This document shows, piece by piece, positions 26,201-38,370 of a stretch of 64,000 bases of DNA. Positions within the stretch are counted from its first letter, which is position 1. Each line of letters begins with the position of its first letter. The position numbers and the translations under genes are program-made. Source of the DNA: Anthoceros angustus (Eukaryota; Plantae; Anthocerotophyta); NCBI GenBank assembly GCA_010909165.1, contig MU008193.1, forward strand, positions 482,376 through 546,375, in the 5' to 3' direction. The notes below the pieces were generated by a model, which was given only the letters and a program-made list of their open reading frames with translations, did not search any database and had not been told where the DNA came from.

Positions 26201-26646
26201 GGGGCAGGCAGCATTCGACCGACAGCAGCTCACAGTGGAGAGAAGCGTAAGATTTGAGGAAATTACAGAGTGGCAGCAGTGGGCCAGGACAGCGATATTG
26301 CGAAAGAAATAAGACCACAGGTCCAAGTGGGCAGCAAGTATTTGCGCACGTGATATGATCCATGGGATTTGGATTCAAAACTCAGACCTAGGCTGGGCTT
26401 CAACCAGCAGAACTAACCCTAGAACAGTGCAAGGAAGCGAAATTGAATACACGGGATGAAATGTGTAACCATACTCACCAGCTTCTGCGTGTCCGGCAGA
26501 GAGAGCCACTGTGAAAAGAGATCATCCAGGCGCATCTTGCATAGGGCGGGCTTGGATGGAGGCAAAGACAGATCTGAAAGCTGCAGGAGTTCAGGGTCCA
26601 GAACTCCTACATCGACTGCCAGACTGGTTGACATGCTGGTTTCCAT
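23293..26646 (-). CDS. Protein phosphatase 2A regulatory subunit B'' (EF-hand), multi-exon
   Basis: [68 protein letters not shown] and [18 protein letters not shown]. Confidence 0.93.
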
Positions 26647-27774
26647 GCGAGTACGTTGTAGTGGGGCGAAGGGGCAAGCTGGTGACACGGCGTTCCGGCA
26701 GCAGGCAGAAGCTCAGCAGGCACAGGATTCGGGAAGTAGCGAGCGCCAGAAACCGAGCCTCCAAAGCAGCGAGCAGCGGGCCAGAAATACTTCAGAATCC
26801 AGAAAGACAGTTGCGCGATCGGAGGCGGCGCCAGACATGTGGTCCGCGGGCAGCTACGGGGGCGATCCAAACCCCAGGAGTGAGGCCCGCGGCGGGCGGG
26901 GGAGCCGAGGCCAGGGGAATGGAAGGGAAGCGAAAGGTAGGGAAGGGAGGGAAACCTAAGCGCAGCAGGGCATGACAGGGAATGCGGAGCAGCAGCAGCA
27001 GCAGCAGCGGATGTCGGAATCGGGGCGGCGAGGGAACAAGAGGCAAGGAAGGAGTGACTGGCGACAACCGCCCGACGATGAGGGAGTGCCTGTCCGCTAG
27101 AGTCGGCGACCAGACGAGGCGCTCAGAAATTTCCGCGATGAGTCGCACAAGTATCGGAGCGTGCAGCCTGGAGGCTAGAGGGAAGAGGAGGGAAGAGGAG
27201 GGAAGAGAAGGGAAGAAAGGGAAAGGGAAGGAAGCAAGGAAGAAAGCTCGAGTGGAATGTACATACCTTATGTATATAAAATGTGAAGCGCGCACGAGCG
27301 CCGAAGCTACTAGAGCTCCGACCCTAACGAGTCCAGGTGTCGCCGAAGCAAGACCGCGTGAGTCACGATTGACCCACCCGTAAAGGCAAGGGAAATGAGT
27401 GTAACGTTGCGTGTCGGCAGTGGGCGCATTTTGCATTGGCACTTTGAGGCGCCCCACCTTGCGGGGTACCGCCGGGAGCCTTCGAGGTGGCGTGGCGTTA
27501 CCTTGTGTTGGGCCACGGCGTGCACACTAAAGCCACCAAGGCTACCCCCGGGCCCGGCTCCTCGCTCGTTGGACCAATCCGCCTTTCGTGCGCGGCTGGT
27601 TGCTGGTTGGTCGCGACTCGCCTCTTCCCTCCTCCCGCTTTCACAGTCTATGTCGGATGTGATTCGTTACACAGGAGGGGCTGGTGCTGGTGGAGGCTGA
27701 CGAGGCGTGTGCAGCACGGCGCCACTGCCAAGCCCTTGAGCTGTCAGCCAACAGGTGCCATGTGATATCATCCA

Positions 27775-28108
27775 TGAAGCAGCAGCAGCAGCAGCAGCAG
27801 GACACGCGCTCTACCTACTGCTCCACAAGACTCGCCCTTCTCTTGCTTGCCGGAACACAAGCCTTGGGAGCCATATATGTCGGCAACACCTTGTTCCCTG
27901 TGGAGATCATCATAGTGTTACATATCTGGAGGCGGATGACACTGATGTACATATTCACATCCTCCCTGTTCCACTGCAACCGCCTGCAGCCGGAGTACGA
28001 TGCCACACTGCTTCTCTCATAGATCTGCACATTCCATACATGCTGTTCACAGGAGCAGGCGCAGGAGCATATTTTGACCTAAAACACCAGGAAAGAGCTA
28101 TCGTTTGA
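27775..28108 (+). pseudogene. Possible CASP-like membrane protein remnant
   Basis: A hydrophobic frame after MKQQQQ, and in a shifted frame 'IDLHIPYMLFTGAGAGAYFDLK', which resembles a CASPL TM3 (D..ISYLLATGAGAG..DLK). A frameshift is required. Confidence 0.25.
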
Positions 28109-29252
28109 ATTTCTGGCTCCACTGTCCACAGGCCTGGAGGGAGGTACATCACACATACCACTGTGATGCCCTCAGATAAAGGAGGCGCCAGATTCTGCCC
28201 CTTCAGCGCAACCTGCGAGCTTCCATCGCTTCAGGATAGGAGACGCACGCATGCAATGATGCATGATGAGAGGTGCCACCATTCCCATTCCACCGCTAAA
28301 GGATCCTTCTCGTTATCTCGCTTGTACGTCCAATTCAATTCCACTACATACATACATGCTATGCATTGCAAACCCACAATGATATTCAATTCAATTCAAT
28401 TCAAAGATAGAACTGTATATCTATATGCCAGCAAAGTCCCTAATTATATTCGTCAATATTTCCAGGGACTACATATTTAATAATATTCATACCAAAAAGA
28501 TACTAATACAGCGTAGGTATTCGTGCATCGCACTAGGTATTCGTGCAGGTATTCAGTTTGTGTAACCGTTTCCCCAGCAGTACGGCACTGTGTACAGCAC
28601 GTATTCTGGAAGTACCCCAAGTCCAGCCCAGTCCAGACAGCGATCTAGGACACGTACATACGTGTGACCATCCACTGTCGTAAGAGCGAGCCTGTTGTGC
28701 TCACAGCAAACAACTGACACAAGGGAAGCTGGGATTTCTGAGCCTCTGAAAGGTGCAGCGCGGACCTCCAACAGTAGCTGCAGGTATGTCCTTCCAAGTT
28801 CCAACCGAGACCGGAACAGACAAAGGCAGAAGCGAGCGGGCCACCTTGGTCTCTTGGCTGCAACACTTTTTTGCGTGCTGCCTAGCAAATCTGGACACAA
28901 AACCTATTACAGTAGCTGGATATCTCGATGCCCTGATAAAGGGACGGCGAGCATCTGCTCATTTGACATTCCCTCTCCAGACTCAGAGGTGACACCTATG
29001 ACACAGGAGCTGGCCCAATCAGCCCAAAAATCGAGGGCACATAATTTACATGGTTAATTGCTATTTACACAGCCTACACCTTCTGCTGCTCACCTTCACA
29101 AAAGGAAGTAAACGCGAAAGGAGAGAGGCGAGACGGGGTGGGGTGGGGTGGGCTGGGCTGGACTGTCTTACTTCACATAGGCAAGAGTTAAACAGCTTCA
29201 ATATTCGGCAGCCTCATGAGTCAAGCCTCCGGAGAACAGTGACATTTAAATA

Positions 29253-30236
29253 TCACGTCGCCTCAGACATGAGGAAAAGCCTTATTCGTTGGAGCAGCTC
29301 GGCTTTTACATTATCTGGAACAGTTGCTGAAAAGCGAAAAGACGCAAGACTTCATGTCACACCTATACGGGATGCTGGCAAACACCAGTCGTGGGTCAAG
29401 ATGCTAAGCTTGCTTACCTCTACCACTTGGCGTAATTGTCCGGACAAGCTCATCCACAGTGATATTGGCCCTGCCTCTCTTCCTGGTGTAAGCCCTGTTT
29501 TTCAGTGCTAGGTTAGATTGCTGCAACCTCCCATTTGCCTGGCAAGACCGACTTGAAACAGTCCCATGGAGTCGCACACACCAAAAATAAAAGCGAATAC
29601 GCACAAGTACATAAGATTTGCCAGACTGAGGAACAAGAAATGTTGAGCACAAGTGCCCATCAAAGGGGCACCTAGCAACGAGAAAGCGAAGCCCAAGCAT
29701 GTGATTTGCCTTGTCAACGAGTGACTAAAACAAGCACTGAGATAAAGGCAACCACATAATGACTATCCCGAGCTTGTAACGGTCATAAGTCATCTACAAA
29801 CGACAGAGGCCTGACATGGAGCTCGAGGGCCTTAAGTTGGTCAGGTTTTTCCAGACCTAGGGTTCGGCACAAGGCAGATACACACATACATTGTCTTACC
29901 AAAAGGCGAAATGCAGGGCAGGGCAGAGAGAGAGAGAAAAAAGGACAGACGCACCGCAATACTCTACCTGCACTGGGCCTTCAACTCATCTCTCCATCCA
30001 CACTCTATTAGCCGCTCTCTCAGCAGCTCTTTCAGGCGTTCCTTTTCTCCGCTCTCAATAAGCTGCCATAGCGCACCATGATTGGTGAAGCCGGCATCGC
30101 CGAAGGCAGAGCTCCATTTCGGTGCTCCAGCAGCAGAAGACGAAAATTAGTACAAGAGGAGGAGAAGAAGACTCACATCTCTGTTCACCCGCATTGTGTA
30201 GGTCTGAGGATCAATTGTCTTGACCTTCATCTCCAT
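29253..30236 (-). CDS. ENY2: Transcription and mRNA export factor ENY2/Sus1, 4 exons
   Basis: [32 protein letters not shown] / [25 protein letters not shown] / [16 protein letters not shown]. Proposed exon 1 is 30236-30177, spliced in phase 0 to 30062. Confidence 0.9.
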
Positions 30237-30689
30237 GTAATGGTAGCACACAAGCTCAACACGCAAAAGCGTCAGGACGCAGCGATCTCCAGGACCCAAT
30301 CTCCACGACAGCGTGCAGCGTGCAGCGTGCTCCAGAGTCGAGCAACGACATGTGATCTGCAGGCAGCTACGCTACGAGAGGATCCAAACCCCAAACCGGC
30401 CGCGGCCCAGAAGGCTAGCGTGAGATTGAAAACCTAAGCGCAGCAAGCAGAGCAGAACACAGCGGAGGAGCGGCTACGAGGTGGGAACCATATCAGACCT
30501 GCGGGATGGAGATGAGGATGGGGATGCGAATGGCGAGGTAAGGATGCATGCAACCGCCCGCGTTAGAGTGCCTTGCCTTGCGGAGCGGAGAGGACGCACT
30601 AGTCTAGGTCTAATTGTAATTCGTTCTGCCCCGACACCGACAGGCGATCACACACTTCTTTGCTAATTGGTAATCTGGAAAACGCCTTA

Positions 30690-30835
30690 ACAAGACGTGT
30701 GTATGCTAACCAGACCGTAATTGTGTTAACCCAGTGTCCACGTGCAGGGTAGAATGACTGCCACCTAGGTGTGCAGGTACATACCACGCGGCGGCGGCTT
30801 GCTCATCGCCTGCCTTCTCTGCAAGACGTGAAGAC
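30690..30835 (+). promoter_or_regulatory. Cluster of ABRE/G-box/CE3-like motifs upstream of the dehydrin-like gene
   Basis: GACGTGT at about 30694, CCACGTG at about 30737, CACGCGGC at about 30786 and GACGTG at about 30825, all within 220 bp of the ATG. Confidence 0.5.
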
Positions 30836-30909
30836 GTTGCACTCCACGGCCATTGTGTCTACCAGTGCCGCTGTAGTTGTTGTTGCTGCCATCCTGTCGC
30901 CAGAGTTCC

Positions 30910-32282
30910 ATGGCCAGTTCAATTGGACGAGAACGCGACCAGGCTGAGCCAGGTCTGGCGGGGCTGGCTCTCGGCTCCAGAGGTACATTTGTAAGAACGA
31001 CATGTGCAGGCTTCACATGGGATTGCAACATGGACGATGAAATGTGTGGGATCTGATGGACAAGCGCTCCGTGTGTAACAGACGTGGAGGTTCACGATGG
31101 ACAGGCGAGAAGAAACCTTGAAGAAGAGTCGGATGCAGGTGGTGTAGGAGGAGTTGGTGGAGTTCCTGGTGTGAAGACGTCGTACGACGTGGAAGAGCCG
31201 GAGGCAGAGGTGGAGCCTGGCCGGCATTCTTCTTCTTCCTCGGCTGCGCTGTTGGAGAAGGTGAGGGCGGTGAAGCTGCCCGGAGAGCGGGAAGGGGAGA
31301 CCGTGGAAACGGAGCGTGCCAGGCGGGACAAGGGAGATGTGAAGACGGAGTACACGGTGGAGGAGGATGCGCAGCAGCAGCAGCAGACTCACCCGTCCAC
31401 CTTGCAGAAGGTGAAGGCAAAAGTCGGCGAGGCGGAGGACAAGCTGAAGCTGCGAGGAGAGAAGAACCTGGAAGACGATCCGCACCCCGAGCTCACCTAC
31501 GATAGCCGTGAGTCCAAACCTGGAATCTTGGCGCGATTGAAGAATAAACTGAGCAAGAGCGGATCCGGAGGCGGGAAAAGCTCCGACGGCAGGGCCCTGG
31601 AGCCCGAGGAAGTGGCTGCCGAAACACGCGACGCGGCATCTCCAGAGTCGTGGAACTCATCCGAGGAAGAGAAGCTGGCGGTGTCGAGTGCACCCGGAGC
31701 GGTGGCGGAAAGTGGAGAGCGGCGGGAGGCTCTCCTTCCCCAGGAGGTGAGCAGTGAGGTGGGGACCGGGTACGAGGAGGAGTCGGAGGAGATGCAGAGG
31801 GAGAGCCCGGCCAGGAGAAGCAGCAGCCGCAGCATCCCGACCATCAGGGCCCCAGGTGGTCGGCCTACACTGAGGTAGGTAGTGCCAGCTTGGCTGGGCT
31901 GGGCTGGGCTGGGCTAGGCTGTCGTGAAAGTTTTGCGTCGTGTGCGTCTGTGACATGATTGCGATGATGACAGGACAAGGGGCCCCGGCACAGTGATGAG
32001 GGAGGTCTTGCGGCTGCGCCTGTGGCACAAGATCGTTTGCCCGGAGAGGAGGACGTTCCGCCTTTGGAAGAAGTGAAAGCTCCGGGTCTCTTGGACAGGG
32101 TGAAGGAGGAAACCGCCGCTGTCGGCCAGAGTGTTCAGGAAAAGCTCAACCTCAAGCCGTCCGACGATACCTTGGTGGATTCCAGCCGTTATGGAGAACA
32201 GTCGGGCTTTTTGGGGAGGATAGCAAAGAAGATTGGGCTGTCGGGCTCCGACGCGGGCCATGGCCGCAGCCAAAGCACGTAG
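30910..32282 (+). CDS. Dehydrin/LEA-like hydrophilic protein, 3 exons; apparent frameshift near 31760-31810
   Basis: E/G/K/S-rich. SSSSS is followed by LLEKVRAVKLPG, with further K-segment-like helices TLQKVKAKV, GILARLKNKLS, GLLDRVKEET and GFLGRIAKKIG. Exons 30910-30982, 31082-31874 and 31974-32282. Confidence 0.7.
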
Positions 32283-33425
32283 ATATAGGCTGGTTGGGCG
32301 GTCTTGTCTGGCTGGGAATGGGATAGCAATGTGCTCTCTCTCTCAAGTGTTGTAGGATCGATGTACATATCTAGGCTCCTAGGGTACATAACAGTGAAGC
32401 TGTTGCAGGCTAGGCGAGTGTTTGTGGGCCTCGCAACCCAAATCTGCATTCTGCGGCAGAGCGAGCTATAATACAGTTTTCTATCAGGCTGTGCAAGGCG
32501 CATGGCGTAGCAGCTCTGTAGCATACAAAGAAAGAGTCCACGAGGTGTGAGAATTTACACAAGCAGAGCGCATCGTGTGAAAAGACTGAGGGCGGGAGCT
32601 GTCGACATCTCTGTGTCTTCTGCCCACAGCACAGGTGTTGCCATCTCTTGCCAAGGGAAATGAGCCCTGCTCTGCCCTGCCCTGCCCTGCCCTCTTTCAC
32701 AGATCGCCACGGGAGGGTTGCCGTTATCTTTGGTTACTGGTTGAAGGCGAGGGCGAGCAAACAAGATGAGGAGTCGGGTAGGACCACCTGTTGGGCCATC
32801 GCGTTGGAGACACATGAGATGGTGCCTGGTGGATCACCTGCCCGCCTCGCCTTTGTACAGTGGGTGCCACTACGGTGTCATCTCCTCTCTGTGGGGCACT
32901 TTTGTGACATGACACATACCAGACCCAGTTATTCCTCACTTTTCACGGCGAGGGGAGGCGAGGTAAGGCTACCACCAGCTCGTGCTTGCAGCTTCCTTCA
33001 CTTCCCGTCCAATCTCACCTGGCCTCTGTACAAATGTCGGTGAAGACAGGTAGCCGACATTCCTTCAAGATGCGTTTGTAATGCTCCAGAATTTTTCTTC
33101 TCAACCACTGGTTGCACTGAAGTGAGGGTTGGTAAGCACACCTAAGTCAAATCCTTCACACCAAAGAACATGGGCATGGCCACACTTCCGGCGGTCGCTC
33201 TCGGAGTGTAGGTCATGGGGACAGGCCAGTGGCTATGTATACAATCGCTGCAAGTAAGCAAGGAGGAGAGAGGCACAAGTGCGTGGTGGGAGCACACCGG
33301 ACGTACTGTAACGCGTATGCAGCTGCAGCAGAGGAGCTGGCGTGGGTGTGCCAACCCACAAGGCACAATCCTTTGGCAAGCTCAGGATCAATTTCTCAAT
33401 CGCCTCTTGGCCCCAGCCATCCAAG

Positions 33426-35002
33426 ATGACAGCCCCTCCACAGGGCCTGGCTACCACTCTGGAGGAGCCAGAACTTGTTGGCAGCTACTCCCGATTACAA
33501 TCTGATGGCAGGTGAGTCACAGGCTTGCAATTGCTCGGTATCATCATTGAGCTGAGGCTCACCTTGCTGACACTCACCTGTGTTGCTTGTTCTAGAAGTC
33601 TTGGACATTCCGACTCCGCCAGAGAGCACGTGGTGACGGAGGTGTATCACGGCTCCCTTGTGCACTATGGCCCTGAGAAGAGAAAGCTTAACAAATTGGA
33701 GAGGCACTGGGTGCTTTCGGGACCGGTTGCCAGGTTTCTGGGCTTGAGGGACATCGTCAATCCAGCTGTACCTCTTCATCTTTCACAACACCCATGAGCT
33801 GCCTTGCCTGGCCACCCGCTTGCAAGCTGAGCCTGCAATTTAGACTGAGTCTCCATCTTGTTGTGGCTGCAGGTGTGGCGAGCAACCATCAACGAACTGG
33901 TGGCCACAGCCATGATGGTGTTCGTCAGCATCAGTGCAATTTTCACGTGCCTGGAAGTGGGCTTCTCAATCCCGATTCTGCCCATAGCTCTGGCCCACTT
34001 CGTCCTGGTGTCCTTCATGATCTTGGGCTCCGCTCCAGCTTCAGGAGGTCACATGAACCCCGGAATCACGTTAGCCACAATGTGGACAGGCTTTACATCC
34101 CCCACAAGAGCCCTGCTCTACGTCGCAGCTCAGTGCGCAGGAGCCGTTGCGGGTGCCTCCTTGCTCAAGATCGTGGTACCCGCCGAGACCATTGCAAGGT
34201 GAGACGCAGCATCCCTAGAGCCACGCACAAGTATATGAGTCTGTCGTGGGAGTCACTGGCGTTCTAACTGCAAAGGCCCGCCAGGTACTCTCTGGCGGGC
34301 TGCAAGTTGCGCAGCCTGATGCCTGCTTCCGCAACGCCCAACCTGGCGCCGGCCTCGGCTCCGACGCCGCCTTACGTCCTCACCGGGATCTCGGCCCGAG
34401 CAGGCCTGGCTGCCGAGTTCTGCTTCTCCTTCGTCCTCTACTATTTCTGCTACAACCTGGGCATGGACCCGAAGCAGTTCACGGTGACGGGCCCGTTGCT
34501 GTCCCCGTTCATGCTAGGAGCCATCATCGGGTCCCTGGTGCTCTTCTCCGGGGGACTCGCGCCGGGCTACTCGGGAGCCGGCATGAACCCGGCCAGATGC
34601 CTGGGGCCAGCGGTTGTGCTGGACCAGGCGTACCTGTGGAACGATCACTGGGTTTACTGGTTAGGCCCGCTGCTGGCCGGCTTAGCCCACGCCGCGCTCT
34701 ACTACTCCATCCCTCCTCACCATCTTGAGATCTACTCCAAGAACCAGGATGTCTTCAGCAAGGGCAAGGTAGCGTTGCAGAAGGTGAGGTCTGCCAGATT
34801 CTCCAGGAGCAACAGTGCCAGCTCCAGCAGGAACGGTGGCTCCGGGATTGAATTCAGCACTGCTGCTGCTGCGGGCGCCAGCGGTGACGCCGCCAGAGTT
34901 GGTGACAAGCCTGATTCTATCGAAACCATCTACAAGGGGGTCGCACAGAGAACCAAGAAAGCGTCGCCTGATGCAAACCACAACGTCACCATACTGTGTT
35001 AA
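33426..35002 (+). CDS. XIP: Aquaporin, X intrinsic protein (XIP), 4 exons
   Basis: WRA..ELVATA, SGGHMNPG (variant first NPA), GYSGAGMNPARCLGPA (XIP NPARC signature) and HWVYWLGP. Confidence 0.92.
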
Positions 35003-35519
35003 AACTCTTCAACAACAAGACCGAACCCCGCACACGTCATTTCTTTGTTCTTCATGGTACCTACAAACCCCTGCTTGCATTGTAGCGTAGGCTTATCTGT
35101 ACAAGACCTTGTTGCGTTGTAGGATAGGCCAGAACATACAACCGCCTGCGAACATGTTGTGTGTGACAGGGAGGTCCTGGAGCTGGCCATTATAATGGCA
35201 TCCACACAATCTACGGAATGTTTCCCCACACCATATGTTTTTCGATCTTTTCTCCAAAGCTAAATAAGACCCAACTCTTGAACAGGCCATTGCTTCCTGC
35301 TTCATTCCAACACCAATCAAGCTCCTTCTTTTTGTCTGTTTTGTGGTGGAAGTAAAACAACGCTGCTCATCCTTCCTGGATAAGTAGTTGGCAAGTTCAA
35401 GTCTATCTCTTTGCCATCCCCAATTCCTCAACCATATGGACGTTCTCCTCCGGAAGATGGCGTCAAACCACAGGATACTAACATCAATCTTTAGATTTCA
35501 CTCAGCAGTCACACCTGAG

Positions 35520-36252
35520 TCAAATCAAAAGCTTGAAGGCCAACAAGAGGAGAAATACAATGACTACAACCAGCAAACACATGACCATCATCGAGCAGCT
35601 TTTGCCAGCTCGTTGGCTAACCAGACCCATTTTCTTCTGTGCCATCTGCAGGACAAAAAAGAAGCATAAGGAGAGAAACTTCGAGACGTGTGTATCATAC
35701 AAAATAGTACACGATTCACCCACCCGCAAGCGATTGTTCGTGGCATCTGCATCCTGGTCAATGTCATCCTGCAAACCCCAAACAACACCCAACCTCGTTA
35801 TCCAAAAGGCAAACAGCACCGTGGATGATGCTGGGGTGGGGACGGTGAAAATTGTTCACCAGGTAAGGTCTAACAACCGTACCAGGAGCCGCGTATGCAG
35901 GTCCAATTCCTCATTCACGGCTAGAGCAATATGTTTCGTGCTCAGAACTGTTGCTTCCAGTCCAGCTAGATCAGCATCCTGCTCTGCAGGATAGCTCACA
36001 GACCGTGTCCGTTAGCTACAAGACACAACATGTGAACTAAGCATCGCGGCGTCCAAAGAAGACCAGACTTGCTCCCGACAAGCTCCGCTCTAGAGTCAGC
36101 ACCATACCTTTCATAATCTGCCTCTGAAGATGGATAACACCCAAGTTGTCAATGTCAGAGGTCCGGCTCGTCTCCACTGCATGGCTCCGACCATCGCGAG
36201 AAAGCAAATTCGCCCTGCTTTTGGGATCTCGAGGTGGCCCCTGCGATGCCAT
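35520..36252 (-). CDS. Qc-SNARE, SYP5/syntaxin-8-like, short form, 4 exons
   Basis: ETSRTSDIDNLGVIHLQRQIMK|EQDADLAGLEATVLSTKHIALAVNEELDLHTRLL|DDIDQDAD.T..RL, followed by a C-terminal TM helix. Confidence 0.85.
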
Positions 36253-37458
36253 CGCACCCCACAAAACAAGAACAGGCCGAAAGGCCCCCGGCGGGGGGCA
36301 GGGCGGGAGGGAAGGGGGAGAGGCTTGGGTTCCTGTAATAAGGAGTCCTCCCTTCAAGGAGTGACATCCAGGCTTGGGTTCATCTGAACTCCACAGTCAA
36401 GCGTCCTTGGGACGGATCACTGCTCGGATGGAGTGCCATCGTGCTATCCATTCCCCGCTCCAAGGTCCATGGTCCTCTTGGGCTTCCCGTTATAAAATCA
36501 TGCCCTCGTCTCCGCAGTGTGCGGGGCCGCCTCTCAATGTGGGACTGCAATGTAGACTTTGAAACATCTATATATGTAAAAGGTTTTCAAATTCTCTAAA
36601 AACAAAAGGCGACAAAGTACCTAAAATAAAGTGTATGCATCCAAATAATTCCTTTTGAAAAATGTAGGTGTAGGTGTTCTTTAACATAGGTAGATCCTAT
36701 TAAACGAACTCAAGATTCATCCCACTACGTCTCCTTCTCCATTCACCCTTTGTAGGCTGGAAAGAGCAGACCTTGTGTGGTAGCCGAAGCCACTTGCCAA
36801 TTTTGCATACACACGGTTGCGTTGGAGAAAGAGATTACTTTTGAGCATTTTTTTTTCAAATGCAGTTCATTTTTTTGCTCCAAGTGTATCTAGGTACCTA
36901 TTCATTTTGCTGCTATAGAAGTAACATGAAGAAATAGTTACATTAGAAAAATATGATAAAATATATAATACTTGAGTCCTTGTGTTCGGGTGTCAGCTAC
37001 TTGAAAGAGGAGTATGTGGTCCATATATACGAGTACGAAGAATCTTTGTTTCATTTTTTATAACGTAGTCTCGCATGAAAGGAAGTCACACATTGTTTTT
37101 TGGGGTGAATAGTCTCGCACATAAGAACTCACTCATAAGAGTTCGACACACGTGCACTTCGTGGGACGAATCTATCCATGTAGATTGTTTTGCCTAGTGT
37201 TCATTTGCTTTGTCATGACTCAATAGGTCATTGATTTGCAATGTCTGAATAATTAGATAAAGTTTATGAGATCGCCGTGAGAGGGTCTATTAGACACTAA
37301 TTTAAGAATTTTAAGTTATATGTTGTAAAATGATTTACTAAACTGAAAGAGGAGCGTGTGAAGAGAGTTCAAGCGAAACAAGTTATTATGATTGATTTAA
37401 ATGTGAAAGACACAAAAAAATTGTGATTAATTGGCAAGCAGTTATTAAAGATCATAAT

Positions 37459-37620
37459 CTTAACTTACCTTCATGGACCTTCATTGTTTGCTGTGTTATT
37501 AAGAAACAGTTACAAGGATGCTATATGGATAGTTTTTCACTTAACTTACCTTCATGGACCTTCATTGTTTGCTGTGTTATTAAGAAACAATTACAAGGAT
37601 GCTATATGGATAGTTTTTCA
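37459..37620 (+). repeat. 81-bp tandem duplication
   Basis: 37459-37539 repeats at 37540-37620 with one substitution seen. Confidence 0.93.
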
Positions 37621-37947
37621 CTAGAAATTAAGCGTTTTTTGAAAGTTCTTGTATGATTATTGTATTCACAGCCGATTCGCATGCACAATTTTCATGTTTT
37701 GTAATTCATAATGCAAAACCCTTAGCTTGAACTTATCAATTGAATCATGTATTCTCTATTGTTATCTTTTGTGATTGTTTATTGTATTCATCAAATCGAA
37801 CCCATTAGAAAACAACTCACAATGTAGTATAATTATTTTAGTTTCTTACTTCAACTGGATTAGCTTAGATTTTTTTACTTTAGCTTGATTGACTAAATAT
37901 TTATTAATTTAAAAGAATATTTGTTTTGGTTGATCTAAACATAATTC

Positions 37948-38370
37948 ATGAATAAAGATAATAAAGATGGAGAAATTTTCATTATATTGGGACCTATGTT
38001 TGACAGCAAGACAAGTTGTCTTTTAAGAAACAAATAATTAGAGAGAGATGCTGGTAGATTAGCCATATTAGTCAAATCTAACAAAGATATAAAATATTGA
38101 ATTAGTGCAGTAGTATTACATGCAAGGAAACAATCAGATTGTATAGCTATAGCTGAATTGAAAAGTTTAAAATCAATAATTGGGCAAAAACAATTTGATA
38201 GGCTAGAAACCATTGGTTTAAATGAAGCTCAATTCTTTCCTGATTTATTACAATTTTGTGAAGAAATGGCCAATAAAGGAAAGAAAATTACAGTAACAGG
38301 ATTAGATGGGGATAGTTGTATAAAACCATTTGGACAAATGTCAGAATTGATTCTATTAGCCAATAAAGTT
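37948..38370 (+). pseudogene. Intronless thymidine kinase pseudogene (N-terminal part)
   Basis: One frame from ATG 37948: GEIFIILGPMFDSKT...ERDAGRLAILVKSNKDIKY*ISAVVLH...[16 protein letters not shown]...GLDGDSCIKPFG...LANKV. Stops at 38035 and 38098. It lacks all three introns of the TK gene at 21319. Confidence 0.9.

Noticed and set aside
26792-27457. 221-aa and overlapping ORFs upstream of PP2A B''
   Set aside because: Low-complexity GA/CT-rich 5' UTR and promoter sequence with no domain motif.
37948-38370. Viral (NCLDV/pox-like) origin of the AT-rich TK
   Set aside because: The peptide shares specific words with the neighbouring plant TK, so a decayed host retrocopy is simpler. Not formally excluded without a tree.
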